DNA of 64,000 nucleotides from a virus. The stretch spans positions 1 through 64,000 of IMG/VR virus record IMGVR_UViG_3300005688_000028; one strand, 5' to 3'. How positions within the stretch are numbered: position 1 is the first letter of the stretch; each line of letters begins with the position of its first letter. Shown in pieces: positions 45,681 through 54,800 of the stretch. The translations under genes and the position numbers were made by a program. A model generated the notes under the pieces. That model was not told the DNA's origin. It saw nothing but the letters and a program-made list of their open reading frames with translations, and searched no databases.

Positions 45681-45690
45681 GTGAGCTTTC
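45681..45690 (-). promoter_or_regulatory. late-promoter box GAAAGCTCAC
   Basis: exact; TGCAAT -10; 33 nt to ATG 45647. Confidence 0.75.
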
Positions 45691-45703
45691 GCAGGCGTGT
45701 TTT

Positions 45704-48700
45704 TTACGCCTTGAGCGAGCCCTTCCAGAGCGTCACGAACGCGCGGAGCGCCTTCGTCATCTTGGCCTTGGGCGTCTTGGCCTCACGCTGCTTCATGTGG
45801 CTCTCCGCGGTGCTCGGGCTCATGTTGCGCTCGGGGTTCTTGTAGAGCACATCCTTGACGGCTTCGCGGAGGTAGCGGGCGGCCTTGTCGTGGTCGCCCG
45901 CCGCGTGGAGCTCGGCGGCCTTCTTCGTGTGCTCGTGCGCGTCAAGGCGGTCGTGTTCCTTGCCTTTGAGGCCGTAGCGCTCTTTCGCCTCGGCGACGCG
46001 GTCGGCGTGGGATGGGGCGGGCGTGGCCTCGGGCTTTCGCTCGACCTCGGGGGCTTCGCGAAGTGGCGGCAGCCGATCGGGCTTCGGTGACGAGGACGGC
46101 CACATGGCTTGTGCCGTCGCTGGTCTTTCGCGAAGTGGCGGGGTCCTGCCCGCGCTATCCTGCTTCAACGTCCCGGGGCGGTCCGGCTTCTGCGCGGACT
46201 CCACCGCCTTCGGCTCGGGCTTGTCGGCCTGCTTCGCCGCATGGGTCTTCACGGACTCGTCGCGGTCGACGTCAGCCTTGGGCTTCTGCGGCATCTCGCC
46301 CCGCGCCTTCAGCTCTTTGATGCCCCGGTGCAGCGTCTCCAGCTCGCGGTCCTCGCTCGCATACGGCGTCCCGGGCCGGCGCTTCTGCTCCTTCTGCGCA
46401 ATGGCGATCTGGTTGTCGTGGTCGCCGATGGCGTTGGCGCCCCATGCCGAGTCATGGCTGTCATGCTTGGGGTCGGTCAGCGCCGCGTACGCGAAGTCGG
46501 CGTCGGCGCTTCGCTTGCTCGGCGCGGGGCTCTGCGCGGCCTGGGGCTTCTCCGTCTTCGCAGACGGCTCGTTGGGGTCGTCTCCGGGCTTGAACGCCGC
46601 GATCGTCGCGTCGCCGTATGGGCCGCGCTTCGTTCCGAGCATTCCGGGCGGAAAGTTGCCGCGAGAGCGATTGATCATCCATGGGAGGCCGGGCCTCTTG
46701 GTCCACACCACATGCGACGCCTCATGGCCCGGCCCCATGTCCTTCGGATGCACGGCGCGCGGATGGGCCTTCGTGGCCTCGTCGGCCTGACGGATGTCTT
46801 CGTCGGACCAGTGTTCATGGATCTGCCCGGTGCGCTTGTCCGCCTTCGGCTTCTCGACCTTGGACTTCTTCGGCTTGTCCGCCGGCGCCTCGATCTTGTG
46901 CCCAACCTTCGCGGCCTCGGCCCGGATCTTCTCCGCGCCCTTGTGGTTGCCCGCCGCGACGGCCTCGCCATGCTCACGCGTCAGCTTCGCCTTGTGCGCG
47001 TCGAGAGCGCCCTTGTGGTGCTCGGAGAGCTTCGCGGCGAGCTCGTCATGGGTCATCTTGACCTTCTTCCCACCGCTCGAGTGCGAGACATGCAGCTTGC
47101 CGTCCTTGACTCCATGGATCGTGTAGTGGCCCGCGCCGTGGGCGAAGCTGGCGCCCTCTTTGAAGTGCTCGGCGTTGTGGACGCCGCCCCCGTGCTGGAC
47201 GCGGTAGAAGTAGCGGTAAATCTGCGCGCCCTGGCTCCCGTCTTTCTTCGTGCGGTACTTGCCCGTCGGGACTTTTTTCAGAAACGGCCCTCTGGACCCC
47301 GCCTTCCACAGCGCCGGCCCCACGAAGAGGCGTGCCAGCTCGGAACGCATCTCCACGACCTCGGCCCCGCGCGGCGTGATGAGAGCGCCACCCTTCGCGA
47401 GCGAAGCGCCCCATGCGAACTCGCCCAGCTTGCTCGCCATCGGGACCCAGGTGCCCTTGCCGAGCAATCGCTGCCAGAATCCGCGCTTCTTCTCGCCCAC
47501 GGGGCGGCCCTTGTGGTCGCGGTATTCCGCACCATCCTTGACCTGCGTCTTGCTCCAATACTTCCCCGTCTTGGGGCTCGCTTCGGGCGCGACCGAGAGG
47601 CCGCCCGCCTTGCCCTGGTGCTCGGCTTGGTGTCTGTCGTAGTCCGCGCGTGGCATCTTGCGCTTGTACTTGTCCCCGGGCTCGTGGATGTAAACGTGTT
47701 CCTTGCCCACGCTGATGTGTGCGTGGCGCGTCTGGTGGCGCCCATCGGGATACCAACTTTCCCACCCGTTCCCGACGCGCTTGTGCCACCCGCCGTGCTT
47801 GCTGTTCGGAATCGGCGTGAAGCCGGCCGGAGCGCGCTGTCCCTTTTCCATCGGCTTGCCCTCCATGATGTCGCCGAGGTCGATCACCCCGTCCTCGCCC
47901 GGCACCAGCTCGCCATCGGCCCAGAGCAGGCTGTCGTGAGCGGTGTTGTCCCCGGTGCTCAGCGCCTTCTTCATCGCGATCCCGTCCTTCGCGAGCAGCG
48001 CCCGCACGTCGTTGGCCGTGATCTCCTGGCCGCTCACACGAATCTTCCAGTCCTGCGCCGGGTTGAGCCGATAGCTCACATAACTGGACGTCGGAAGGTG
48101 CTGGCCCAGGATCTCCTTCGCCAGCGTGATCGGGGCCTTCGTGGTGGGTCGGTGCTCGCCGTTCTCGGCCGGCTCGAGCTCCACCGAATGCACGCGTACC
48201 GCGTGGACGTAGATCGTCCCCGGCTCGGGCGGGTTCTCCTTCGGCCCGGTGTAGTTGGTCTCGTCGCCCCGGTAGACGTAGGCGCCCCGGACCTTCTTGC
48301 CGTCGATCTCGAGCGGCCTCAGTCCGGTCTCGCGGTCGTGCTCGCGGGCGAGGCTGCGCTCCAATGACTCGCGCATCTCGCGGAGCGCCGTGTCGATGTG
48401 CTCTTGCGTGATGGGGATCGGCGTCCCGTCCTTATCCCAGCCCGCCGACTTCAGAGCCTTCTCGACGAGGCTCTTGGGCATCGTGTCGAGGGCCTTGTAG
48501 GAGTCTTGGAGCATCTGGCCGTAGTCGAAGCCGAACACGACCTGGTCCTGCACCTTCGCGTCGCCGTAGACCTTCTTCTCGGCCCCGCGCCCCGCCTCCT
48601 TGCCGACCTTCTTGACCGTGACGGCCATGAAGCGCTCGGGGGGCTGGTCCTTGACCCAATGGCCCAGCGGATAGCCCGTGAAGTCCACCGGCACGTCCTT

Positions 48701-49945
48701 GGGCCGCGGCCCCCACTCCTCCCACGGCTTATTGCCATCGCCACCACCCCCCGAAGAGCCACCACCGCCCGCCGGGGGCTTCGGGGGCTCAGGAGGCTTC
48801 GCCGAGTCGGCCTTCGGTGCCTCGGGCATCTTCTCCTCGACCTTCTCCTCGGCCGGGAGCGGAGGCGGCTCCGTGTTCGTCGGGACACCGCGCGCCTTCA
48901 TCTCGGCAAGAATCCGGTCGACGTGCTTCTGCGTCCCGTACTTCTTCGCGTCCCTCAGCTCGGCGTGAAGCCTCGCGGCGACCTCAGTCTTGCGGGTGTC
49001 GATCTTGGCCCCGTGGTGGGCCTTGAGGCGGGTCGCCAGCTCGTCGTGGGTCAGGTGCTCCGTGACGCCCGGCTTGCCCGAATGTGTCACCTTCAGCTTG
49101 CCGTCCTTCACGGCATGGATGGTGTACTCGCCGCGCTCATGCGCGAACGTCGCCCCGGCCTTGAAGTCGTCCCTGTTGTCGACGCCGCCGCCCTGGTCGA
49201 CCCGGTAGAAGTAGCGGTAGATCGGCGCGCCGGCCGACCCGTCTTTCTTCGTGCGGAACTTGCCCGTGGGGACCTTCTTGACGTAGGTGCCACCGACGGC
49301 CCCCTTGTGCTTCATCAGCGCGTCGGGCCGGAAGAGGCGATGCAGGTCCAGCGGAAGCGCCATGACGCCGTGGCGGTAGCGCGCCCCCTTCACCATGGAC
49401 GCATCCCAGAGGGCCGCGCCGAACGATTCGTCGAGCGGCACCCACACCGCGCCCGGCTGGTCCGGGTCAAGCTGGCGGGCGACGCCAGCGGTCAGGAGCG
49501 CGTCGCCGGTCTCGACGAAGCTCACCGGCTCACCGCCCGGCATGCCGTCTTCGAGGTGCGAGCGGAGCATCCACGCCGCCTTGGCGTGGGCCACGGCATG
49601 GCGGGTCATGAGGTCCAGGGTCGGGACGTCTCGCTCGCTCGCGAGGGCGAGCGCGGCGCAGTCCGCCTCGAGCCCGGAGCGGACCGTCGCGAGCATCGAG
49701 AGCATGGCCTGTGTGTCATCGGGAAGGGCCGACGCACCGGGGATGGCTGTCACGCCCAAGATGACGCGGACGCCCTTCTGCCGGATGCGCTCGGCGACCT
49801 CGTCGACCATGTCGCCCAGCGCCTCGTACTCGTCGCCGAAGAGGCCGTGGAGCTGCGCGAACGTGGGGCCGGTGACGTTCCAGTGGAACGACTGCGCGAG
49901 GTCGCGCGCGGCGATGAGCTTCGCGAGGATGGTGTCGAGAGCCAT
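45704..49945 (-). CDS. polyvalent head protein: N-terminal Dps domain plus two YRYFY modules and unknown domains
   Basis: FHWNVTGPTFAQLHGLF..Y.....VDEVAERI...KAAWML.S; modules at about 49013-49318 and 47014-47311. Confidence 0.8.
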   Translation of the reverse strand: MALDTILAKLIAARDLAQSFHWNVTGPTFAQLHGLFGDEYEALGDMVDEVAERIRQKGVRVILGVTAIPGASALPDDTQAMLSMLATVRSGLEADCAALALASERDVPTLDLMTRHAVAHAKAAWMLRSHLEDGMPGGEPVSFVETGDALLTAGVARQLDPDQPGAVWVPLDESFGAALWDASMVKGARYRHGVMALPLDLHRLFRPDALMKHKGAVGGTYVKKVPTGKFRTKKDGSAGAPIYRYFYRVDQGGGVDNRDDFKAGATFAHERGEYTIHAVKDGKLKVTHSGKPGVTEHLTHDELATRLKAHHGAKIDTRKTEVAARLHAELRDAKKYGTQKHVDRILAEMKARGVPTNTEPPPLPAEEKVEEKMPEAPKADSAKPPEPPKPPAGGGGSSGGGGDGNKPWEEWGPRPKDVPVDFTGYPLGHWVKDQPPERFMAVTVKKVGKEAGRGAEKKVYGDAKVQDQVVFGFDYGQMLQDSYKALDTMPKSLVEKALKSAGWDKDGTPIPITQEHIDTALREMRESLERSLAREHDRETGLRPLEIDGKKVRGAYVYRGDETNYTGPKENPPEPGTIYVHAVRVHSVELEPAENGEHRPTTKAPITLAKEILGQHLPTSSYVSYRLNPAQDWKIRVSGQEITANDVRALLAKDGIAMKKALSTGDNTAHDSLLWADGELVPGEDGVIDLGDIMEGKPMEKGQRAPAGFTPIPNSKHGGWHKRVGNGWESWYPDGRHQTRHAHISVGKEHVYIHEPGDKYKRKMPRADYDRHQAEHQGKAGGLSVAPEASPKTGKYWSKTQVKDGAEYRDHKGRPVGEKKRGFWQRLLGKGTWVPMASKLGEFAWGASLAKGGALITPRGAEVVEMRSELARLFVGPALWKAGSRGPFLKKVPTGKYRTKKDGSQGAQIYRYFYRVQHGGGVHNAEHFKEGASFAHGAGHYTIHGVKDGKLHVSHSSGGKKVKMTHDELAAKLSEHHKGALDAHKAKLTREHGEAVAAGNHKGAEKIRAEAAKVGHKIEAPADKPKKSKVEKPKADKRTGQIHEHWSDEDIRQADEATKAHPRAVHPKDMGPGHEASHVVWTKRPGLPWMINRSRGNFPPGMLGTKRGPYGDATIAAFKPGDDPNEPSAKTEKPQAAQSPAPSKRSADADFAYAALTDPKHDSHDSAWGANAIGDHDNQIAIAQKEQKRRPGTPYASEDRELETLHRGIKELKARGEMPQKPKADVDRDESVKTHAAKQADKPEPKAVESAQKPDRPGTLKQDSAGRTPPLRERPATAQAMWPSSSPKPDRLPPLREAPEVERKPEATPAPSHADRVAEAKERYGLKGKEHDRLDAHEHTKKAAELHAAGDHDKAARYLREAVKDVLYKNPERNMSPSTAESHMKQREAKTPKAKMTKALRAFVTLWKGSLKA

Positions 49946-49946
49946 G

Positions 49947-51824
49947 CTAGATCCTCATGGGCATGATGATGTGGCGCTCGCCGTCGGTCCGGTGAAGGTC
50001 GAGCGGGCCATACTGGCCGCCGTGCGACACCCGAAGCGTCACCGGCCCCTTGTGGCCGACGAGCGCGTCTTGCAGGTACTTGGCGTTGACGGCGATCTGA
50101 CCCTTGTCGCTGCCGGCCATCCAGTCGCCGCCGTCCTTGGCCGCCTTGTGCGTCTTGGCGTGGACCTTCAGGTCATCCGGGGCCTGGTGCTCGTGATCGG
50201 CGTGAGTCCGCAGGCTGGCGTGGAAACCTCCGTCGGCCGTGTGCGTGAACAGGATCTGCGGCGGGATCGACTTCGCGACCTTGTTGGTCTTGTGGTGCTC
50301 CTTCGCGGCGTCGATGAGTGCCTGGAGCGACTTGGTATCGAACGAGTGCTCCGAGGCCGCGAAGTCGGTGGTCGGGACGATGACGGCCCGGTGCCCGTCG
50401 GTCGCATACGCGAACTTCCCGTCGGCGTGGACGCCCGCGAGGTTCGGGCGCGTCGAGTCCTTACTCGCAAAGGTCGTGAGGCGCTTGACGTCCGCCTCTT
50501 TGGGCGTGTGGTCCTTGTGGGCATGCACGGGCTTGTCGGGAAGCTCTTTGGCCGCCTCGACGGCCTTCTTGACCTTGTCGACCGTGGCATCGGAGACGGA
50601 CGAGGGGCGGGCTTTGGACTCATCCGCCTTCGGGGTGGTTGTTCCGCCTCGGCGGAACAACGACGACACGACCTCATCAGGCTCGCCAGACTCGTCATCA
50701 CGAGACGCTTGGCTCTCTCCGTGCAGCTTACTGAATCGCGCACTCTCCGCCCCGCTCAGGGCGTAGAAGTGAGATCCGTCCGGTGCCAGCGCGACGGGTC
50801 CGCCGTTCCTGTCGGCGGGGCGGTATCCTGCCTCATGCAGTGCCCCGACCATTTCGGCGCGGGTCATCTGCTGGCCCTTGAACCGAACCTCTTTTTCGAG
50901 GTGGGTGTCGGAACGCTTCTGGCGCGCAGACTCAAGAGCCTTGTCGCGCTTCGCACGGGCCTCCTCTTGCGCCTCGGGCGACTTGCGGCGGGCGACCTCG
51001 CGCTCCTTCTCCTTCCTGGCCTCATCACGCCTGCGGCTGAACTCACCCCCGGAGATATGGTCGGCGATGGAAGCCACGCCGAACTTGACGCCAAGCTCCT
51101 TCGCGGTCGCCCGCATGGCGGGGCCATCAATACCAGCCGCGCCCCGGCTCGCGGCGTCCGTCATGGACTTTGCTCGCTTGGACACCTCTTCGTCCGATAG
51201 GCCGGGCTGCGTGCGCTTGATGTGCTTCGCATAGACCTTCTCGAAGGACGCCCGGGCGCCCTCTGCCCCCTGCTCCACATGCCCCGCGTCAGCCGCTCGC
51301 TTCTTCGCCGCGGCGATCGTCTTCTCCGAGGCCCCATGCTTCTTGGCCTCCTCCAAGTCGGCGAGGGCCTGCTTCTTGGCCTTCTCGCGCTTCTCGGCGA
51401 CCTTGGCGTCGTCCTCCTTACGGGCCTCGGCGTGCTCGCGATGGAGCATCGTGGCGAGGGCGTCCTTGTGGATTTTGTGCTCGGTCCCGGTCTCGTCGTG
51501 ACGCACAGTGACGTGCCCGTCGCCATGGTCGTGCGTGACCTCGAAGTGCCCGTGCTCGCCCCCGTCCTTCATCCTGAAGGCGGCGCCCACCTTCATCTCG
51601 TCGTGGTGGCCGAGCCCGGAGCCGCCGATCGTGCGGTAGAAGTACCGATACCGCTGCTTGCCGGTCTTCGTGACCTTGCCCGGGATGGGGACCCTGCGCA
51701 GGTACTTGTGCGCCTTGCCCTTGGCAAGTGCGCTTAGGATGGCCTTCGCCATGAAGGCAGGAACGGTGCGCTCGGGCGCGAGCGCCTTCACCAAGGCTGC
51801 CAGTGCTTTCGTCGACATGCTCAC
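49947..51824 (-). CDS. polyvalent head protein: YRYFY module plus C-terminal beta-clamp-like fragment
   Basis: FASKDSTRPNLAGV...ATDGHR...VNAKYL.DAL...IIMPMRI. Confidence 0.8.
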   Translation of the reverse strand: MSMSTKALAALVKALAPERTVPAFMAKAILSALAKGKAHKYLRRVPIPGKVTKTGKQRYRYFYRTIGGSGLGHHDEMKVGAAFRMKDGGEHGHFEVTHDHGDGHVTVRHDETGTEHKIHKDALATMLHREHAEARKEDDAKVAEKREKAKKQALADLEEAKKHGASEKTIAAAKKRAADAGHVEQGAEGARASFEKVYAKHIKRTQPGLSDEEVSKRAKSMTDAASRGAAGIDGPAMRATAKELGVKFGVASIADHISGGEFSRRRDEARKEKEREVARRKSPEAQEEARAKRDKALESARQKRSDTHLEKEVRFKGQQMTRAEMVGALHEAGYRPADRNGGPVALAPDGSHFYALSGAESARFSKLHGESQASRDDESGEPDEVVSSLFRRGGTTTPKADESKARPSSVSDATVDKVKKAVEAAKELPDKPVHAHKDHTPKEADVKRLTTFASKDSTRPNLAGVHADGKFAYATDGHRAVIVPTTDFAASEHSFDTKSLQALIDAAKEHHKTNKVAKSIPPQILFTHTADGGFHASLRTHADHEHQAPDDLKVHAKTHKAAKDGGDWMAGSDKGQIAVNAKYLQDALVGHKGPVTLRVSHGGQYGPLDLHRTDGERHIIMPMRI

Positions 51825-51864
51825 CTCGTCAGGCCCGCATTGTGGGCTGGTGGCGGGGCGGGGG

Positions 51865-51874
51865 GTGAGCTTTC
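51865..51874 (-). promoter_or_regulatory. late-promoter box GAAAGCTCAC
   Basis: exact; CACAAT -10; short leader containing GAGG. Confidence 0.72.
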
Positions 51875-54800
51875 ATCGGAGGAGTCGGGCGAGGCGCCCG
51901 AAGGCCCGGGTGGCCTTCTCCAGCCGTCCGGCCTCGTGGTCCCGCACCATGGCGATGACACCAGCCCAAAGATCATCGCCTCGTTCGGCCTTTTGATGCT
52001 GGCGACCATCGGGCTTCGTGATGATGATGTTGGTATGGTCGCCGCGCGAGTCGAGACTTAGGCGCGACCCGTCGCTCAGGCCGACCTCGTTCTTGACCCC
52101 AAACACAAGCCGCAACTTGTCGGGCGTCAGAGGTAGTGCCTTGCCGTCACTGTCAACGAGATGCACGCCTTTCGGCGATCTTGGGGCCTTCGGCTTCACG
52201 GGCTTCACGGGCTCGACCTTGATGGCGCGACCCTGCTCGTTGACTCGCCCCTCGACATAGGCGGCCCTGCGAGCCTTTGCCGCCCTCAGCTCGGCGACCG
52301 CCTCGACGTGCCGCTTCGCGGCGTCGATGCTCGCGTCCATGCGGCGCTCAGCGGACCTTGTCGAGCCTCCGCGCTGCCCGGTCGGCCTCATGCTCCCGGC
52401 GCCGAGCGGGAAGGCTTCGGCCATCGCCTTCGAGCGCTGGGTGTCGAACGGGCCTCCCCGGGCCACCTCGCGCTCGAGGCGGGCGATCTTCTCGTCGAGC
52501 TTCGCGGTGTGGGCGGGGTCGTGGCCCTCGGACGGGACCTTGGCGTGCTCTGGAAACAGATCATGAATCTCCAGAGCGCCCCGCACCGCCATGGCCTCAT
52601 CCGCGCGCCCCGCGAGCGCGTTCCCTGTCTGCGCGCGGCGCTGACTCTGGCTGGTCATGGATGTAGTTGCCTGAATGGCGGCGTGATGCTGCGATGCGTG
52701 CTTTTGGGCTTCTCTCGTGGCGACACCGAGCATTTTTTGCAGTTCGTGCTTGGTCTTGGACCTAGCAAGCATCTTCATCCACGGAGAATACCAATCATCG
52801 TAGTCAACATCGTCGCGGCCGTACTTCCTGGCACCCCCGCCCGATGTTGCGGGGTCGCGGCCCTCGGACGGCGTGACCGTGGCGACGGGAGGCGCCTTCG
52901 TGACCACCACCGTCCGCGTGGCGACCCCCGTGGAGTTGTCGCTGTCCTTGAACGAGCCCTCGGGGTTCTTCTCGCTCGTGCCGCCGTTGGCCTCGAGCCA
53001 TTCGCGGAACGCCTGCGCCTTCTTGTCCGAGCGGAAGAACGGCCCTTCTGACATGATGGCGACGAGCTTACCGCCCGGCTTCAGGTTGCGCTCGAAGGCG
53101 TGTCGGACGTGCTCGATGTCCTGGCCGTCATCGAAGGGCGGGTTCATCACGACCTTGTCGTAGGTCTCGGCGTGATCGGTGGCGTCGTGGCCGACCACCT
53201 TGTGGCCCTTGAGGCTCAGCACGTCTCGGAGGCCGCTGTGCTGCTCCAGAACATGCACGTCGCCACCCTGCTCGCGCGCGAGGTCGGCCAGCGAGCCCTT
53301 GCCGGCCGACGGCTCGAGGACCTTCTCGCCGGGCTTGATGTCGGCTAGCTGCATCACGCGGTCTGCGAGCGGCTTTGGGGTCGGGAAGTAGCCGGGGATC
53401 TTGAGCCCCACGAGGGCGCGCTCGGCCGCCTTGATGGGGTCGGCCTTGGGCTTGCCGGCGCCGCGCGCCAGCTCGACGTACTCGCGAAGGGCGGCGCGAA
53501 GCTGCGGGAGCGACTTGATCCCCATGCCCTCGCTGGCGCGCTTCCAGGTGGTCAACTGGTCGCGCACGTCATCGGCCGCGAAAGTCTCGACGCGGCGCAA
53601 GCGACCGGCGTCCGACAGCGCTTTGAAGTCTTCGCGCTCCTGCTCGGTGCTGGCCTTCACCTGCCAGTCCCGTTCGCCCAACTGAGCGATGCGCTTGAGC
53701 ACGCGAGCCGCTGCCTGCTTCGCGCCCGGAACGTCTTTGAGCGCCTGCGCGAGCCCCTTCAGGTTGTCGCGATGAACGGACGGCTCGGGCGGGCGGGCGT
53801 GCTCGATGTCCTCGGGCGTGACCGCGCGGTGGCTCGTCTCGTTGTGGTCTGCCTTGCCGCCCGCCTCGCGCGTCGCTCGGTCTCGGTCGTACTTCGCTTG
53901 GCGCAAGATGTTGTCCAGCATCTCGACGTGGGCGCGCGTCTTGATGCCCCAAAGGTGCTTCGTGGACCCGGCCTCTTGCGCGTCGGCGATGAGCCTCATC
54001 CGGCTCGCGACCGCCTGCTCACCCATGGCCTGCGCTTCGGCGCTCCCCGCCATGTTGGCGCGACGGGCGGTGTTGACCTTGCGGTCCGCGCTCAGGCTCT
54101 CTTGGGCTCGGGCATGGGCGTTGTCGGCCTGCTCTCGGAGTCGGGCGGGGGCGTTCCCGTGGAGCGGGCCGGGCTTCTCGGGCTCGGTGACGGGCTCGGC
54201 GGCCTGTGCGGCCTCTCCGAAGCCCCCGAACTTGTCCGCGAACTGGCGGGCTGCGGCATCGGTCTTGAAAACGAAGCCCGGGATTGCGCCGTTGCCCCGA
54301 AAGCTCGAGTAGTAGCCGCCGATCGACTTCGCGTGAGCGTTGGCCTTGGCGTATTCGTCCGGGGCGAGGCGGTCCGCAAGCTGCACGGTCCAGATGTTGT
54401 GGCCGTGCTTCGTGTGCTTCCCGGGGATCACCTTCGCAGTCGTCTCAGTAGCGAGCGCCGAGCCCGCAAGGGTGGTGCGCTCTTGCGCGGCCTTTGCGCG
54501 CGCCGCATGGGCGTCTTCGTGTTCTTTCTGGGCCTGCGCTCGCGCGTCCTCGGCCACGAGCTCGTCATAGCGAACGCGCTGCTCAGGCGTGAGGCTGCGT
54601 TCGCCCTCGCGCGAGAGCGAGATCCGTGTTTTGAAGTCGGCGAGCGTCTTGGGCTCGATCACCGCTCCGATACGGGCCTTGTGCTCCTCGATGGCCTTCT
54701 TGCGACGTGCGGAGTAGGCCGCGATAGCCTCGTCGGTGAGCTTGTCGACCTCGCGCGTGATTGCGGCGTCGTAGGTCTCGCTGAATGGCGACCACTGCGT

